A DNA stretch of 61,415 bases, the filler included, from Catajapyx aquilonaris (taxonomy: Eukaryota): assembly GCA_000934665.2 (NCBI GenBank). It is 4 parts of 4 records of this genome, joined end to end, with 100 filler letters (N's around TTAATTAATTAA, not from the genome) between each part and the next. Parts side by side here need not be neighbours in the genome. Positions count along the whole stretch, not along the records: positions 1 to 15,283 come from JYFJ02007543.1; positions 15,384 to 30,650 come from JYFJ02007544.1; 2 more parts are not named here. One strand, 5' to 3'. Under the pieces are notes generated by a model that worked only from the letters and a program-made list of their open reading frames with translations, ran no database searches and was not told the DNA's origin. Every line of letters starts with the position of its first letter. Position 1 is the stretch's first letter. This document shows, one piece after another, positions 1-18,196 of this stretch. The position numbers and the translations under genes are program-made.

Positions 1-245
1 TCCTCCTCCTCCCCACCAACCCCCCCTCTGGAAAAAGATAGTGCTTGAAAGGTCCCTCCTTGGCACTGGAGTGCAATGAGGGAAAGGTCGAGGTCACCAT
101 CACCACCACTCGCAAGCCGATCCGGACCGTGCGCACAGCACATACACTAGTGCCCATCGAAATTTGTAGTGGAATTTTAATATTATTTTGGTGCCAAATA
201 TATATAGTGCGTGAGTGAGCAGCAGCAGTTTAACAAAATAAAATA

Positions 246-3200
246 ATGTGTTCGACTTCGAGGTTCACAAGGAGACAGTGGGTGACTCTGGCCGTGTTCA
301 TCATTGCCGACTTTTGCAGCGCGGTCTGCATCTCACTCCAGGCGCCATTTTATCCACAGGAGGTGAGTGTGACGAAATACCCACGTGGAAGACACGTGGC
401 ACGCAGCATCACACATGATCCTCCTACACATACATGTCTCGGTTGTTGTTGTTGCCCATGCTGCGATGCTGATGGATAACAACACGGAGGGGGAGATCCT
501 CTCCGGGAAATATTTGGCAACCTGTCCACGCGGGTTAAAAGGCGCAAATCTAGCCCGCTTTCAGCATGTGATTTTTCGCACATTTATGTTGCTTCACTAT
601 GCTGGATAATGTGGAAACCTTTTTCTCTCTGAACCATCATCCTTTGGGCTGGACCTCTCTGCAAATGGTTGGGTTAAAAGGCGTTTGTCATATAGGACAC
701 TGTTCGTAAAATCATTTATTGGCGAATTTATTGGCGAAATAGATTTTGACTCTTATATCATCAGTGGTCAAAGAAAGATTGAGACCTGTTGCTTTATTAT
801 GTCGAGTCTATAGCGTGATCGACAGTAGTTGTTCCTGTATAAGAAAGTTGTCCATCACTCATGATGTAGACTATATAGAAGAGAGTTGTCATCAGTGGGT
901 CAAGAGAGTTCCTCGTCCCAGTCAGAAGCTATCGATAGAATTTTTATGGAGTATTTTTTGAAGCATTACAGTCTTTTACATGCAAATCTAATTAAGCAGA
1001 TTTTTTCTAGACTGTATAGGTGTAGACCTACAGTATAGGCGGGCCTACTGTAGTTGAGTAACGTATGCGTAGGCCTACTAAAAGTTGCGGATAAGTGTTT
1101 ATAAAAAGGAACCAGATAATCCTGATGATTATCATAATAATTATGGTACTGGCTGTATGACAGTCATTGCTTTTGGGCGAGATCTTACATCAATAATATG
1201 AATTTGGGGGGGGGACACAATTGGTGCAGTTTATAGTCAAATTATTTGGGAGACGTCTCTATAGGATGATGAGGAATATTTATCTGCACTGTCGAATCGA
1301 GGGCAACAAATATTTTCAGAGCGAAAACGGGAAGACACGTTTATCTCTGGTACACAGCCTCAGCAGCAGCAACAGCTAGTATAGTAGACTTTTCTCAGTC
1401 AGTTATAGACACGTGAATCCAGAGCAAACCGGCCCGATGGACGACGGATGAAAAGCGTGGATGTCATCCGGGTTATCTTCTCTTTTATATTTGCATTACG
1501 GAACCAATTCAAGCCCTAATCTTGTTAAGAAGAAGAAGAAGGAGAAAAAATTTATTTGAGGATTTAATGCTGGAAAGTGATGGCAATATTAGTTCGGGTT
1601 AATTGCTGGAATTGGATTTTATCTGCTTTGGGTAATAGTTTAGGCTGATGTATTATACGAGACACAAGAATAAACATCCAGCCAAAATCTCGAGGACTAT
1701 TTGAATTGAATTTATGCAAGCTTATATCTGAGCAATTAAAGTTAATTTCCCTCCAGCCGAAGGATCCTGATATGAGGCCGCATGTCATATAATTTATCAG
1801 GTTGAAATCACAAAATGAGCTGTCTATATCCAGCTTCAATACTTCTGATGAGCTTAATTTTCCATTAATAACTTAAACACTTGCTTAAACACCACGTCTT
1901 GTGTAAACTTAAGCAAAAGTGTAAGACAGAAGTAAGAAGAAGTTACCCCAATCCTAATTAAAATGTTTATAACACTTATGCCTATAAAACAAGAGTTTAA
2001 TATTACACAACTCAACAAAAAATAAATTTGAATTTAACGGTCGTAAAATATACCAGAAGACCCTTATGTGGGGTTGCAGCAAGAAAATTACTATTTCCTT
2101 AAATATTTAAAAAAGACTTACCGCTGCGGAATTCAAACTGCGGTCACCGTCGGTTCATTTTTTCACGATAAATAAAAACGCTGGCCTCCGGTGACCTCGA
2201 CCTATATCCGGTGACCCGCGTGTCAGTCTCATTCACAGGAAAAGCAGAGATTGTGTTAATCCTTCCCCAATCTATTTATTTTTACGACCGTCGTTCCCAA
2301 AATGTCACTCATCAGCATCCACATGTGAATTCGCAAGAAAAATACGCTCCAGATCTGGATTCTGTGCTCATCATATAGTAATAACGAAATAAGTCACGTC
2401 ATATTTGAATTTTAAGAGACAGTGCTGTGTATATACTTTGTAGGAGTTTGTAGAGGGTTGTTGTCAACTCAAAAAATTATAATTTTGGTTTGAATGATTT
2501 TGATCCTATAGAATGGTGCGGTGGTCCATACCTGATGTGGGTACATAGTGCACCACATACGTTTTAAATTGTATGGTGCAAAAAATGGGGGGGGGGGGGG
2601 NAAACTTCCCAGGAAGTATTTATATTAGGCAACTGCGCATGTAAATTATTAATAGCGTTTGTCATCATTATTGCTGAATACCTTTATAGATTTAACAGTC
2701 ATTACTTTGCCTCGAGATTATATATCTACAAAACGTTACTTCTTCGCATAATTAACCTGCTAATTTCAGTCAACAGAACTATAAAAAAAAATTATGATTA
2801 CCTACAAATCAGTTCCGAAAGTTTGATTTTTTGTACTCTCCAATATCATTGTCTAAAAAGCACGTCCAAAACCTTATTGCAGTTTGAAATTAGCTACAAT
2901 AAAAAGAAAATCATGAATTTGACCAACACAGATTGTGTTCTTGTGACATATTATATGTAGTAGTCTAATGTTATTTACTCTGCACATTATTTAATTATTT
3001 TCCTGTGACAATTTTTTAAAAAAACGAGAAATAACAAGCGATCTCTTCGCAGCAGTTGTCCAAGTGAAATACGATGTATGTCGTATGTGTTTGATTTCTG
3101 ACGGGGTTTATCAGCATACATGCAAATATGCAATGAATGATTCCATGTCATATTATTCATACCATGACGCGACCACAGATTTCAAAAGCATTCGGCTTGG

Positions 3201-6200
3201 GTTATTTGAGGGCAAAATTAAACCAGATTATTCCTGAGACAAGTGCGATAATTACACTTAAAGTGTCCAGTAAGTGCACATAGGCAAGCAGTGACCTACT
3301 GACACAGAAGCAGTGAGAATCCGTCCTGAGAAGAGTGATTAAAAAGTGTGACACTGATGGGAATAATCGCAGTATCGTTCCCATAAAATTGTCACAAGTA
3401 TATAGCTAGCGGGGTTTCCCTTTAAAAACAATCATCCATCGTGAATAATAATGTCCTGAGACAGTGTAACGATAAGTCAGCTCAGATATCCACCAGAGAA
3501 ACATCTCATATATAGTGTTCATTTATTAGTCTATATACCATTGCATATTACCTTACGAGACCCGCAGATTTAAAAAAAGGGAAATCAAGCCTTTTTCTAT
3601 ATAGGATGCATCTACGTATACTACAGAGCATGTGACTTTTTACAGCTTTTACATGACCTGAAAATTAATTAGCAGTGTCAAGTTAATCAATGGACAATGC
3701 AAGCTAATACAACTGATTGCCTATCATGAGTAATAGCTGAAATTTGTATAAGTTATCATATTATATTTTCTCCTTGCTAAAAGTGCGAGTAAAGATTATA
3801 ATGATAAATTATACCCAGAATTAGGCTATCACTCAAGCCCTGAATTGTAATGGTGTATACTGCACTATATATAGTTCCGAACTTATGACACTGACAGGTT
3901 CAACAGGCTGTAGTCCAACTGGTGATATAAATAATGCATATAGTGTCAGTAACCATACATGTCATTTTCTTCATACTTGACAGGCCGAGAAGAAAGGTGC
4001 CAAGGCGACAGAGTACGGCTTCGTGTTCGGCGTCTTCGAGCTGGTAGTGTTCCTGGTTGGACCAATATACGGCCAGAACGTGAGTTGACATATTATCATC
4101 TTATACGTATGTATAATAACTTACTTGTTGTGGAGAGCTCGGTGCAGAGGCACACGAGGGAATGTAATGTTAAAAAGAGAGTCATAATTAGTTGCATGTA
4201 TGAGACATTCGGGACAGAGCCTGATGATGGTGTTAGTATAGTCCGAGGCTGTCCCCCTCCCAAATGTTTGTGACGTATACCCTCTCAGAGCGCACCCCGG
4301 TCTGTCTCCAACTGCAGCTGAACAGAATCGGACCAAAGTTCCTCTTCAACGCTGGCATCTTCACCACCTCCGTCTGCTGCGTCCTCTTCGGGTGAGTTCA
4401 CATTTTGGTCAGAAAAAAAAGGTCTTCATAACAAATATTGCGAGACGCGCAAAGCAGTGTAATGGCAGATGAAACATTTTGATGAGTATATACTTTTGGG
4501 GTATATAGACGCCAGATATTACATGATTGGCAGTAGGCAGCCAGGCGTCGTTTCTTAACCTTTATGTATCCAATGTTGTGTAAGGTCATTGCGCGCGACT
4601 GATAAAGTGTACGTGAAAGTGTCCCCCCCGGAAAAGAGTTATGCAACCGGAATCTGAAGGATGTCCATTTAATCTTGTCCTTCAACTTGGCCAGAAATAT
4701 CCGGCCATTTATTCTGTTATATCCACAGCAATAACTTAGAGAGCATGAGTGTGGACTCTCGCTATAAAAGTTCGAAACTTTTAGTCCCGCTGCCTGTCAG
4801 TGTAGGCAAGGTGATCCAAGATTATTCATACAAAATAGTTTTGGTGAACGCCTGGTGGGCAATTATATTATACGTATATCACGTTATGTAGAGTAGAGGT
4901 GTCATTTGGTCTCCATGACCTCTTCATTGCAAGGGGAAATTCAGTATTATAATTCAAAAGGTACGGCCGCTTGAATGGCCCAGCAGAATAAACGGCCTTC
5001 AATATATATAGCTGTTGGATGCATTGACGCAGTTTATTAGGGAGTAGTCATTCCGATAGCTAAGAGATAGCTGCGACTACCCTCTTGGTCGTGGTTCAAG
5101 TCATCCAATGATCTGCTGCAATTCTTGGCTGCAGCCACGAACATTGCCTCATGCAAATCAGCACGCTTCACATAGAATACACGACCGTGTATGATGTGTA
5201 AGAGGCTTCTAATGTAAACATGATGCTGGTTCATATAATTATTTTGTATCATTGAACGGTTCATCCTGGAACCATAATGACGATGAGAAAATCCGCGTGG
5301 ATTTAATCAAACTCTGCTTAATTTACAAAAAAAACCACTGTTGCTAAGCACGGGTAGAAGGACATCAGCAGATGATGCCATTTATACACGTCTCTTCTGG
5401 TCTTAATTATCGCGGTCTCTAAATTTATGGGAATGGGGGTCGTTACACCCCGTTTCCCAAGATCATTGACTTAATCAATAATTTGTACGTACTATAGCGT
5501 GCCTTATAGTAGTCAGTAATATTAGAAGCGGATCAGTGTACGATAAGAGCTATATAATCTCATTAATATACATAATTCAGGAGCGATGACGAAGGCCGAG
5601 GAATCTCATTAATATAAGGCCACTGTTCCAGACGACGATGCTCGTGTATCGCCTTCAAAAATACATGTTATTCCATATCTATATATATAGGGTTCTTCTG
5701 TTTGACTTATACTATAACATTATATAGGCTTGCTGCAATGATATTTCTGCACATTTTTTTTTTCCGCGAGCCAATTCCTCAGCACTAGGTCGAATTGATA
5801 TAAGTTATATCACATGTGCTCATTACCTATTATATGCTGTAAGTCGAAGCTCACAATCGCTCACGAGGTTGCTTGTCGCCCTTATCGGTTATCTCAGTTG
5901 TGATTCTTATCCTATGCACTTGTCGGCGACATACTTCGATTTAAGGAGCAGTGCAAGATCAAGGACGTCGCTATTTTAAACTACGTATATACAGCAACAT
6001 TCTACGAGGATTTAAGCCAACCCATTTTATGTTTCTTTTAGACCAGAAGGAATAAAAGTTAGACCTTCCTGTTCAATGTTTGTGATGATCCTCACTTTTA
6101 TAGGGTGTGGTTTAATTTAAGCATGGGTTCAATGTTGATCTGACGTTGTCGTGTATTTGCAGGCTGCTGGACAAGGTGTACGGCAAGGAATCGTTCATAG

Positions 6201-8521
6201 CTCTGTCATTCGCCGTGAGGATCCTGGAGGCCTTCGGACAGGCGGGCTTCGTCACTGCCTCATTCGCCATCATCGCCAACGAGTTTCCAGACACAGTCGC
6301 AACGACGTTCGTAAGTACGGCAATCACGCCTTATATACCTTCTGAGTGTCGCATTTTCCATGTACACATACAGAGAGTGGTGCACCGCAGTACTGCCCAA
6401 AAATCCAGAGTCCAAAAAATGTCCATAACTTGCCTGTAGATACAAAATTGTCTGATTTTGCTTTCTCCTTTCCAGGCTTCCCTGGAGACTTTCTTCGGAT
6501 TGGGCTTGATCGTTGGTCCGACGCTGGGAGGTGCCCTGTACCAGATCGGAGGTTACAGCCTGCCCTTCGTGGTCCTGGGAGTCGCCCTCTTCGTCTCGGG
6601 GATCTTCACTTTCTTCGTGCTTCCGCCACCCAGCAGGTCGAATAATGAGCCAGTTCCGGATGAGCACAAAGGTCAGTCCGACGTCCTCGCGCGTACTTGA
6701 TCTTGATGGCTAGACCATCAGTATATTTGCGAGATGTCGTGAAGATTATTATTGCAACCATTCTGTGACATTATTATTCCTTTTCAGGGAGCATGCTCAG
6801 GGTCCTCCGTGTTCCCTCGGTGGCTCTGGCCGCCTGCACCATCATCGCAGCGTCCATCAGCCTCGGGTTTACCACGGCCACTCTGGAACCTCACATGCGA
6901 CAGGTAAACACACGAGCATCAGGTACAGGATAATGATAAAGAATAATTTATTGTGTGATTCAATAAGGAAGAGGCTCTTCCCCACAGCATTTAGGCCAAT
7001 CCAGCAGTTGAGGCTTCTGACTTTTTACTTGCTCTCGTTGACCAAGATAAGGCTGTGACGTCATAGGGTCAGAGTAATTGACTATGTGACCTTCACATGT
7101 GGTGCAGGTCATTTTAAAGCTTAAAATCTCACCCTTATTGATACACTGTGTTCCAACGATGACATTTAGTCCCGACTAGACCTGTGAAAAGTGGCACCTA
7201 TGCAAGAAGGTTATACATATAGTCCAAGTGTTTCTCCTGTCCACAAAAATTAGAGGGAAAGTAATGTGTTTACTGTCCGTAAATAATATTAATTTATTTG
7301 TCTAAATTCTAAAACATCCATCGCGATCACATTTTAATGAATGAAAGATAATCGCGATGCTGATATGCCTTCCACATGCTGTGCTGTGTATAGTTCCAGT
7401 TGAGCCCAGTGATGATGGGCCTGATGTTCGTGGTGACCGGCGGCACCTACGCCGTGACTGCCCCTTTCTGGGGCTTCCTCTGCGACAGATGGCTTCACCC
7501 GAAGGTGGCCACCATCATAGGAAGCATCCTCATCGCCATCGGATTCTCCTTACTTGGACCAGCCCCCTTCGTGCCTCTCCCCACGTAAGCATCGTGCAAC
7601 GACATACAGACATTGCTCTTGCTACAATAATACACAGCACATTGTCTTCCTTTCCATCATCAGGATGCTCTGGTTGTGCGTGGTTGCTCTGGTGCTTCAA
7701 GGATTGGGCATCGGGGCTGAGCTGGTGGCAGCCTTCATGGACGCCATGAGGTCCTCCGTGTGAGTATCTGTGGACTGTCCAGGGCCCTGATGAAGTTTCG
7801 AACAAAGATATATCGAGGCTGAAAAGTTTGGCCTAATATCCGTATTTTCATCTGTAAATTCTTGTAGCGGCAAAGGATATTCCCCGACGTCATGCATATA
7901 GCCTACCAAAACGTGGTGTCTATAGCTATATAGGGTGTGTTGTTAATTGGCGTGTACTTTTCCAGCGAAGGAGGCTTCCCTGATGCGATCGACACTTACG
8001 GCCTGATATCCGGCATGTGGACGTCGACGTTTGCATTCGGAGCCTTCGTCGGTCCTTCTGTGGCCGGAGTGCTCTTCGACGCTGTCGGATTCAACAACGG
8101 CTGCATCTTCGTCATCGTCACTCATATTTTGCTGGTCTGTTATTTGTGGTTGTCTGTATAATTAGCACATTTTATCACATTGACGCTCTTTCTTTTTCTT
8201 TTTTCCCCTGTCCTGTTGCAGTGCCTGATAATGTCGGTGTACCTGTGCTACAGCCGGCAGCAAGGGGATGGAGGAAGCAGAGGCCGAAAGAAGTTCGTGG
8301 ATGCCTCGTCCAACACGAATGGTCTGTACGGCCCTCCTCCGGGGTGCCTGGAGGACGGGTCTCTCAAGTGGGACATGGACGACCAGCTGAGCCACCGGAC
8401 CTCGGCCGCCCAGCCACTGCTGAGGGAGAGGGCCTTCTCCAGCAGCGCAGTCTGCAACCACATGTTCAGCGCCAACTACGGCTCCTTAGGATCCTCCGCC
8501 CTGGCGCAGTCCGTCGCGTAG
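246..8521 (+). CDS. SLC18B1: MFS-type transporter SLC18B1-like (vesicular amine/polyamine transporter family), 10 exons, ~500 aa, complete
   Basis: Exons 246-362, 3984-4079, 4318-4391, 6163-6310, 6476-6671, 6788-6903, 7394-7584, 7664-7759, 7966-8134, 8222-8521. All GT-AG, phases consistent, 1503 nt total. Motifs SLQAPFYPQEAEKKG, RILEAFGQAG, ASLETFFGLGLIVGPTLGGALY, TYGLISGMWTSTFAFGAFVGP; multiple TM helices. Confidence 0.9.
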
Positions 8522-10079
8522 TCAGCATATAGCGCCATTGATGCCACACACAGGACACAACGCGACGACGAGTGAGTCCCACATATGACCAACCTTTTCA
8601 ATAAGGAAACGGGAACGAACTGGACAGTATTATTGCGGGTCACAAATTGGGCATCAAAAATGCCCAGTTCGTTCCTCATCATCGACTTGTGCTGCTGACA
8701 TTTCAGTTTTTAATAAATTATTATTGAACTTCAGGTCCATTATCAAGAGTAGATCTGGTCAGCCCTCATCAGAAGAGCGTCTGTGGCGCGTTTTAACAGC
8801 CTTTGTGGGAGATACGGACCAGAGAATCGGACACCATCATTATTAATAATTAATAGACATTATTAAGAAAGCAGAAAAATACTCGTCCACAATGGCAACT
8901 TTGCCGTCCCCTTTTTATGAACTGCCGGCGGTTTTGCTTCTTTTGGTGGGAGGTGGGGAGACACACAGACACACGTCCTGCCATACCTTATTATACACAC
9001 AACATATTAAATTCGGGGAATTAATAAGGTACCATCGCTCAAACATGACGTCGCGTGTTGAACACCAAAGGTGATGTCGTCATTAACTTATGGTCTCATC
9101 ATGATGCCCTGTTGACCAGGTATGTCATTATTGAAACCCTTGAACTCGTAGCATATAGGAAAATACCCCGGGTAATTTACGGGTAGAACTTTATACTCTC
9201 CTGTCCCCCCACCACCCCACCTTTCAAGACCCCAGCAAGAAAAAAAAAGAAGCGATTTTTTGATCATTGATAATAATAGTGTGCGCAAGTTTAATTAGTG
9301 AAGATTAATGCTTCATCATCTTAATCTTCTACATGGAAGGATACCTGCCAATACTTTTGCTCAAATTTTTACAAGTAGCAAAACTATTTATTTCCAGGAT
9401 TTTTTAAAAAAGCGCAGCAGCAGCAAGTGGAGGTAAATATATTTTTTTTCCGGAAGTTTATTTTTTCTCTTTCAAAAGTCGGGTCCATCTTCTTTGTATA
9501 CACATTGTTAAAATTATGTATATGTATAGTGGTTTCATAATAAATAATGTTCATAATGCTCCTGATTTTTCTTACCCATATCCCATATGTTCATATGTTA
9601 TGCCTTGGTTATGCACACTCAGAAGCGTAACTTGGCAAGTATGGCACGTGTGCCACTTGAAGCGGGAGCCACTGAGCACGATTTTTTTATTATTTTATTT
9701 TTAGAATGCCCTTAGGTCAAAACCAAAGAGCTTGATACTAGGAAGAGCGGAAAAAACGGTTTCCAAGCGTCGCCACTTTTTGGCCAGGTGTTTAGTCAAC
9801 GTGTTTGGCTGACGACCACTACGCGGCGCCACTAGGCGGCACCGTCGAGTGCTGTCGAGAGGAATTTCAATAAACTGTGTTGATTTAATATCAAGAGGCA
9901 CATAATTAAGAGTTATAAATCTAAAAACTGACCAATATGAGGTCGTATGCGGTTAAGGCACTAATTTCGGACCCGAAACTGATATTCGACCAAATGGTCA
10001 TTACACTACCGTATTCGAGTAGTGTATACAGTATCCTGGTTAATCGCGCGCACCAGCTGGCAACACTGTCGTTGCGAAG

Positions 10080-14196
<4,117 letters not shown>

Positions 14197-15283
14197 GTAA
14201 CAACTACAAACTAGGGTCCTACTGTTATGTACAATGTTTCGCGGAAGGTTTGGAAGTCGAGTTTATGCCTGTGGAAACATTTACGCAATGCGTAATTCAT
14301 TTGCCCATTCTGAGATCAAATTGCACTGCGTATGTCAGTGAGGCGTAGGTTTGATGTTGCGGTGGTACTTCAATTTTGATAGCAATGGAACAGTGGCTAT
14401 CCATAAAGTATGCCCCACCAATATGCACATGTCGCGTGAAAGTACTGGCGGCTCACAATTGGGAGCCGGGCAAAATCTTCCTTCCCAGAGAGACAGGATG
14501 AGCTGGCTACACCGCCCTGGCCACATCACAGCAGCAGGGCAGGGACGCGCAAAATTCAAGCAGCCCAGGCTATACTCCGTGCTTAGGTAGCTCATGCAAA
14601 GAGGATGGTGCATGGACCAAGGAACAATGTGTTACAGACTGCGAGAGGGTGGCCATCGACAGTCAAGCGAGATAACGCTCCCCCTTGGTCGTCACTGTAG
14701 TGGAAGAAATAGTCTCTGTTGAAGAGGGGATCACGTCCTTTGTCGTTAAGGGTGGGATAAAGGTCCCGGCGCTTATGGAGGTTGACATGTTAAATGTTGG
14801 GGCTAATAACTCCGTAATTACTGAACAGAATGACATGAAATTTTTTACATAACACGACACAACAACCCTTGTCACGGCTATGTTGAGCGAAACCTGTTTT
14901 AGGGATTCAGTTAACTCTTAGTTAGTGCGGTGGAAAAATTCACTTAACTAGTGCGGTGGGGGGCAAATGACCCCCAGACTAAAATTATTTATTTCTAACT
15001 TTGCATTCCAGGATAATAAATTTTTAAAAATAGCATCAGATGCAACACTTCATTAGAAATGTCATTATCTACTCTCCCACATTGTATCTCATGTTTTTAT
15101 GTAGTTAAAAAATCCAGAAAAACATGCTGCATATTCCTTCAAAAGCAGTCCTCATGTCCACTCTGGTAACACTGTAAATTGTAATTATCCGAAAAAAGGT
15201 TCCCTAAGTACCCTCCATGCCCTTATCAGTTGCTACTGATAGGACGCCAGTTCCCCCACGACCTCTCTTTCTAGCCTGTAGCC

Positions 15284-15383
15284 NNNNNNNNNNNNNNNNN
15301 NNNNNNNNNNNNNNNNNNNNNNNNNNNTTAATTAATTAANNNNNNNNNNNNNNNNNNNNNNNNNNNNNNNNNNNNNNNNNNNN
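15284..15383. other. Artificial contig spacer N44-TTAATTAATTAA-N44
   Basis: Exactly 100 bp; the palindromic 12-mer gives TAA stops in all six frames. Confidence 0.97.
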
Positions 15384-15544
15384 AGAATCCCTGCATCTTG
15401 CGTACATGCTATTGTAAAATATACATTCCTAACATGACCCAGGGTGCAGGTAACTCTAGAACTGCAAGCTAGGCGTGACACTATTTTCTGCAAAGGAGCG
15501 CTTATATCAGTGACAGGTTGGGAAATGCACCCCTTCTCGAGTAC

Positions 15545-15712
15545 GCAATGCTTTCCTCGAATGAGAAAGGAAGCTGAGTAATCTCAAAAGCACCATACTT
15601 TCATACTGAGGGACCAAGGTGAGGTGAAAATGAGTCTTGTTATATCAGGAGCGAAAATGCGGAGTGCAAAGAATTGCTGGACCGGCCTTTCGAGTGTTAT
15701 AACCGAAAGTCT
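15545..15712. mobile_element. Fragment of the pogo/Tigger-like MITE family seen at 42633-43135
   Basis: gcaatgctttcctc...aaggtgaggtgaaaatgagtcttgttatatcaggag...ggcctttcgag..gttata aligns by eye with 42955-43125. Confidence 0.55.
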
Positions 15713-16711
15713 GTTACAGCAAATTAGCCTGATTAACTGCAGTAGTTAATACTATCCGTAACTGCTAAAACCAACCATTCTAGAGTAACTTCTTTGTAAT
15801 AAGCAGCTGTGCAAAAAAATTGCAACAGCAATCGAACAACATTTTGGAACACCCTGTAATAGGCCTGGGGAGAGATCTAGGCCTCGCAATGAAACCCGGA
15901 TTTCAAGTGCACATAAGAATGATTTTCACCTTACTCTTACTGTACTTGCATCTACCAATCTTTACCACTCATTACCTGCAGTCGCCTTCGCCAAATTTGG
16001 CGATGAAACTGGTTTTAGAAGGAGGAAAACTGGATCTGGATATAGAACGAGCCGAGGCTTCCACACGACTCCACAAGAGAGAAGAGCTAATGAAGTGCGC
16101 ATGCGCTTGATTCCCAGGATCGACTGTCGAATGTGGAACATCCAGGCATCCTCAGCCTGCTCAGTCAAACGCGGATGTTTCAAAAGCAGGAAATGCAACT
16201 CTTGAGATGCAATCACATCATTCGAGGAGAATAAACTGTAAACACACTTCAAATGATGCCTATTCCAAAAGTGAGAAAGGTAGGCTTCAAAAATAGAAAT
16301 GGAAAATCACAATTATACCGGTTCTGTATTAAAATCAAAAATGAACATGGTACATAATTATAGAATACAGTACATTGCATGACCGCAATACACAATCCAT
16401 ATAAAGAGTAAAAGCAATTATTATACAAGCATAAAAACAAATAAAAGTGAAAAAATAAGAACATCACAACATACGATGTTTCAAAAAAAAGGGGGTGCCA
16501 AAAAGGGTTGCAGGTTCTCAATTTTATGCATGAATCAAACCGAATCAAACTATTCTGACTTGACCTGAACCAAGAGTTTTTCCTCCAGAAAACGCGCTTG
16601 TGATGTTCATTGTACAGTCATTACAACAGTGTAGTTGCCCACCACAGGAGACCCACTGCAACAAGTATAAGCACCATGCACATACGCCTGGCAATGATGG
16701 CCACACGATTG

Positions 16712-18196
16712 TCAAGAAGCCACATTGTCTGGAACGCACTCAACTTTAGCACAGTTAATGACCTGGAGGGCCAAGTGGGGTCGACGCCTCTTCAAGTCCA
16801 AGACACCGTCAAATGTGATGTTGTGGCACTGTTCCAAAGTCAGGCTGGTCAGCGAGGTGCATCCAGAGATGAAGGAGAGGCAGTTGTCGTCCAGAGCAGG
16901 AACGGACATGAGCGTCAGGGATTTAAGGTTGGAGATCACATGTGGAGTGGAGAAGTAGTCGCAAATGATAGGGGCATGGATTTTTTTGGAGCCATGGATG
17001 GTCAGGTTGCGAATTCCAGGGATGGCTCCGATGCCATTAAGCAAGCTGATGTCGGACAACTTCTTGGAGAAGAACAGGTGGAGTTCATTCAAATTCTGGA
17101 AGTTGGCCAGGCGGGAATACGACCGCGGTTGCTTCAGGTGTGAAATGTCCAGCTTTTGCAACTGACCAACTGCGATGCAATCAGCCAGCACACGGACTTC
17201 GGTGTCTCCATCAGAGTGAAATAAAGGCCTGAAGCAAACTTCTTTCAGGTTGCTCCAGTGACGTTCCAGCTCGGCCTCCATGAGAGCAAAAGGATTAAAG
17301 TTGCCGTCCAGGCGCAGGACTTCCAGGGACGAACATTTGGCAAATATGTCCATCAAATGGGGAGACCCACTGGCCAAAGCGCATCCCACGATTGTCACGG
17401 ACTTGAGATTGCTTAAAGTGCTGACCAGTCGACTCAAACTGTCCACCTTCTCCAGCCAGATTCCTGTCAAATGTAGTGACTCCAGGCAGGGTGAATCTTC
17501 CATGGCTTCCAGGATGTCATCGACTGCTTCTCCGGACAAAGAGTTGACCACTTTCACGGTCCTCAGCCGCGTCAAGGACCTTAGGAGTTCGAGTGTCCTC
17601 TGCTTCTCAATCTTCCTTTTTCTATCCAGCAGATCCAGCTCCAGGACACTCCAGAGATGCGAATCACGGCTCAGGGTGTCAAACCTTGTTGAGACGTAGG
17701 GTATCCTTTCCAAGAGATCCTCCGGGGTCAGATAGGAAAATATCTTGAGCATCAATTCATCGGGGAGGGGTGAGAAGCGATCCCTTCCATCCTAAAGAGG
17801 GGAAAAAAATAACATTAACCAACTGTTAACCTTACAGTCAAAGTACACCACGCTCATAATAAATTGCTTGCATGACAGGCAATAACTGGATTTCTGTTCA
17901 GATTATGATAGAGCATTATTATCGGCTATGACTTCTATACCATCCATCTTTATAATAATAAATTATTAGGCCTACAAAGTTATTATTTTGCATCTACCTT
18001 GATTAAAATGCATGGAATAGTGAGTAACATTTGTTCTTGGTAATTATCCTGCCATGAGTTAAGCTCAAATTATTAACATTTATTTGGGTGAGAGTGGGAA
18101 AAAATTTATTAATATTCTTACCTGAGCTTTTCTTTCCACAGCATCTCCAAGCTCCATGACCTTACTCTTCATTCCATCAACAAAGCGTGATGTCAT
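16712..18196 (-). CDS. F-box/LRR-repeat protein paralogue 1 (~384 aa)
   Basis: Exons 18196-18122 (MTSRFVDG...RKAQ, phase 0) and 17791-16712. F-box FSPLPDELMLKIFSYL...VSTRFDTLSRDSHLW followed by cysteine-containing LRRs (LTSLTLEQCHNITFDGV). Confidence 0.88.

Noticed and set aside
8519..8575. Stop-codon readthrough extension of SLC18B1
   Set aside because: Only a short in-frame extension after TAG with no favourable context or conservation evidence.
14335..14875. GC-richer stretch with short ORFs in archease intron 3
   Set aside because: No recognisable domain, stops in the frames read, and no archease C-terminal motif.
15820..16110. ORF containing GLGRDLG as the missing G-patch exon
   Set aside because: It lies across an artificial spacer, lacks the MGW part, and directly follows a transposon-end-like caccctgta.
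16610..17699. Long antisense ORFs over F-box genes (also 23779-24312)
   Set aside because: Shadow ORFs expected opposite GC-rich coding sequence.
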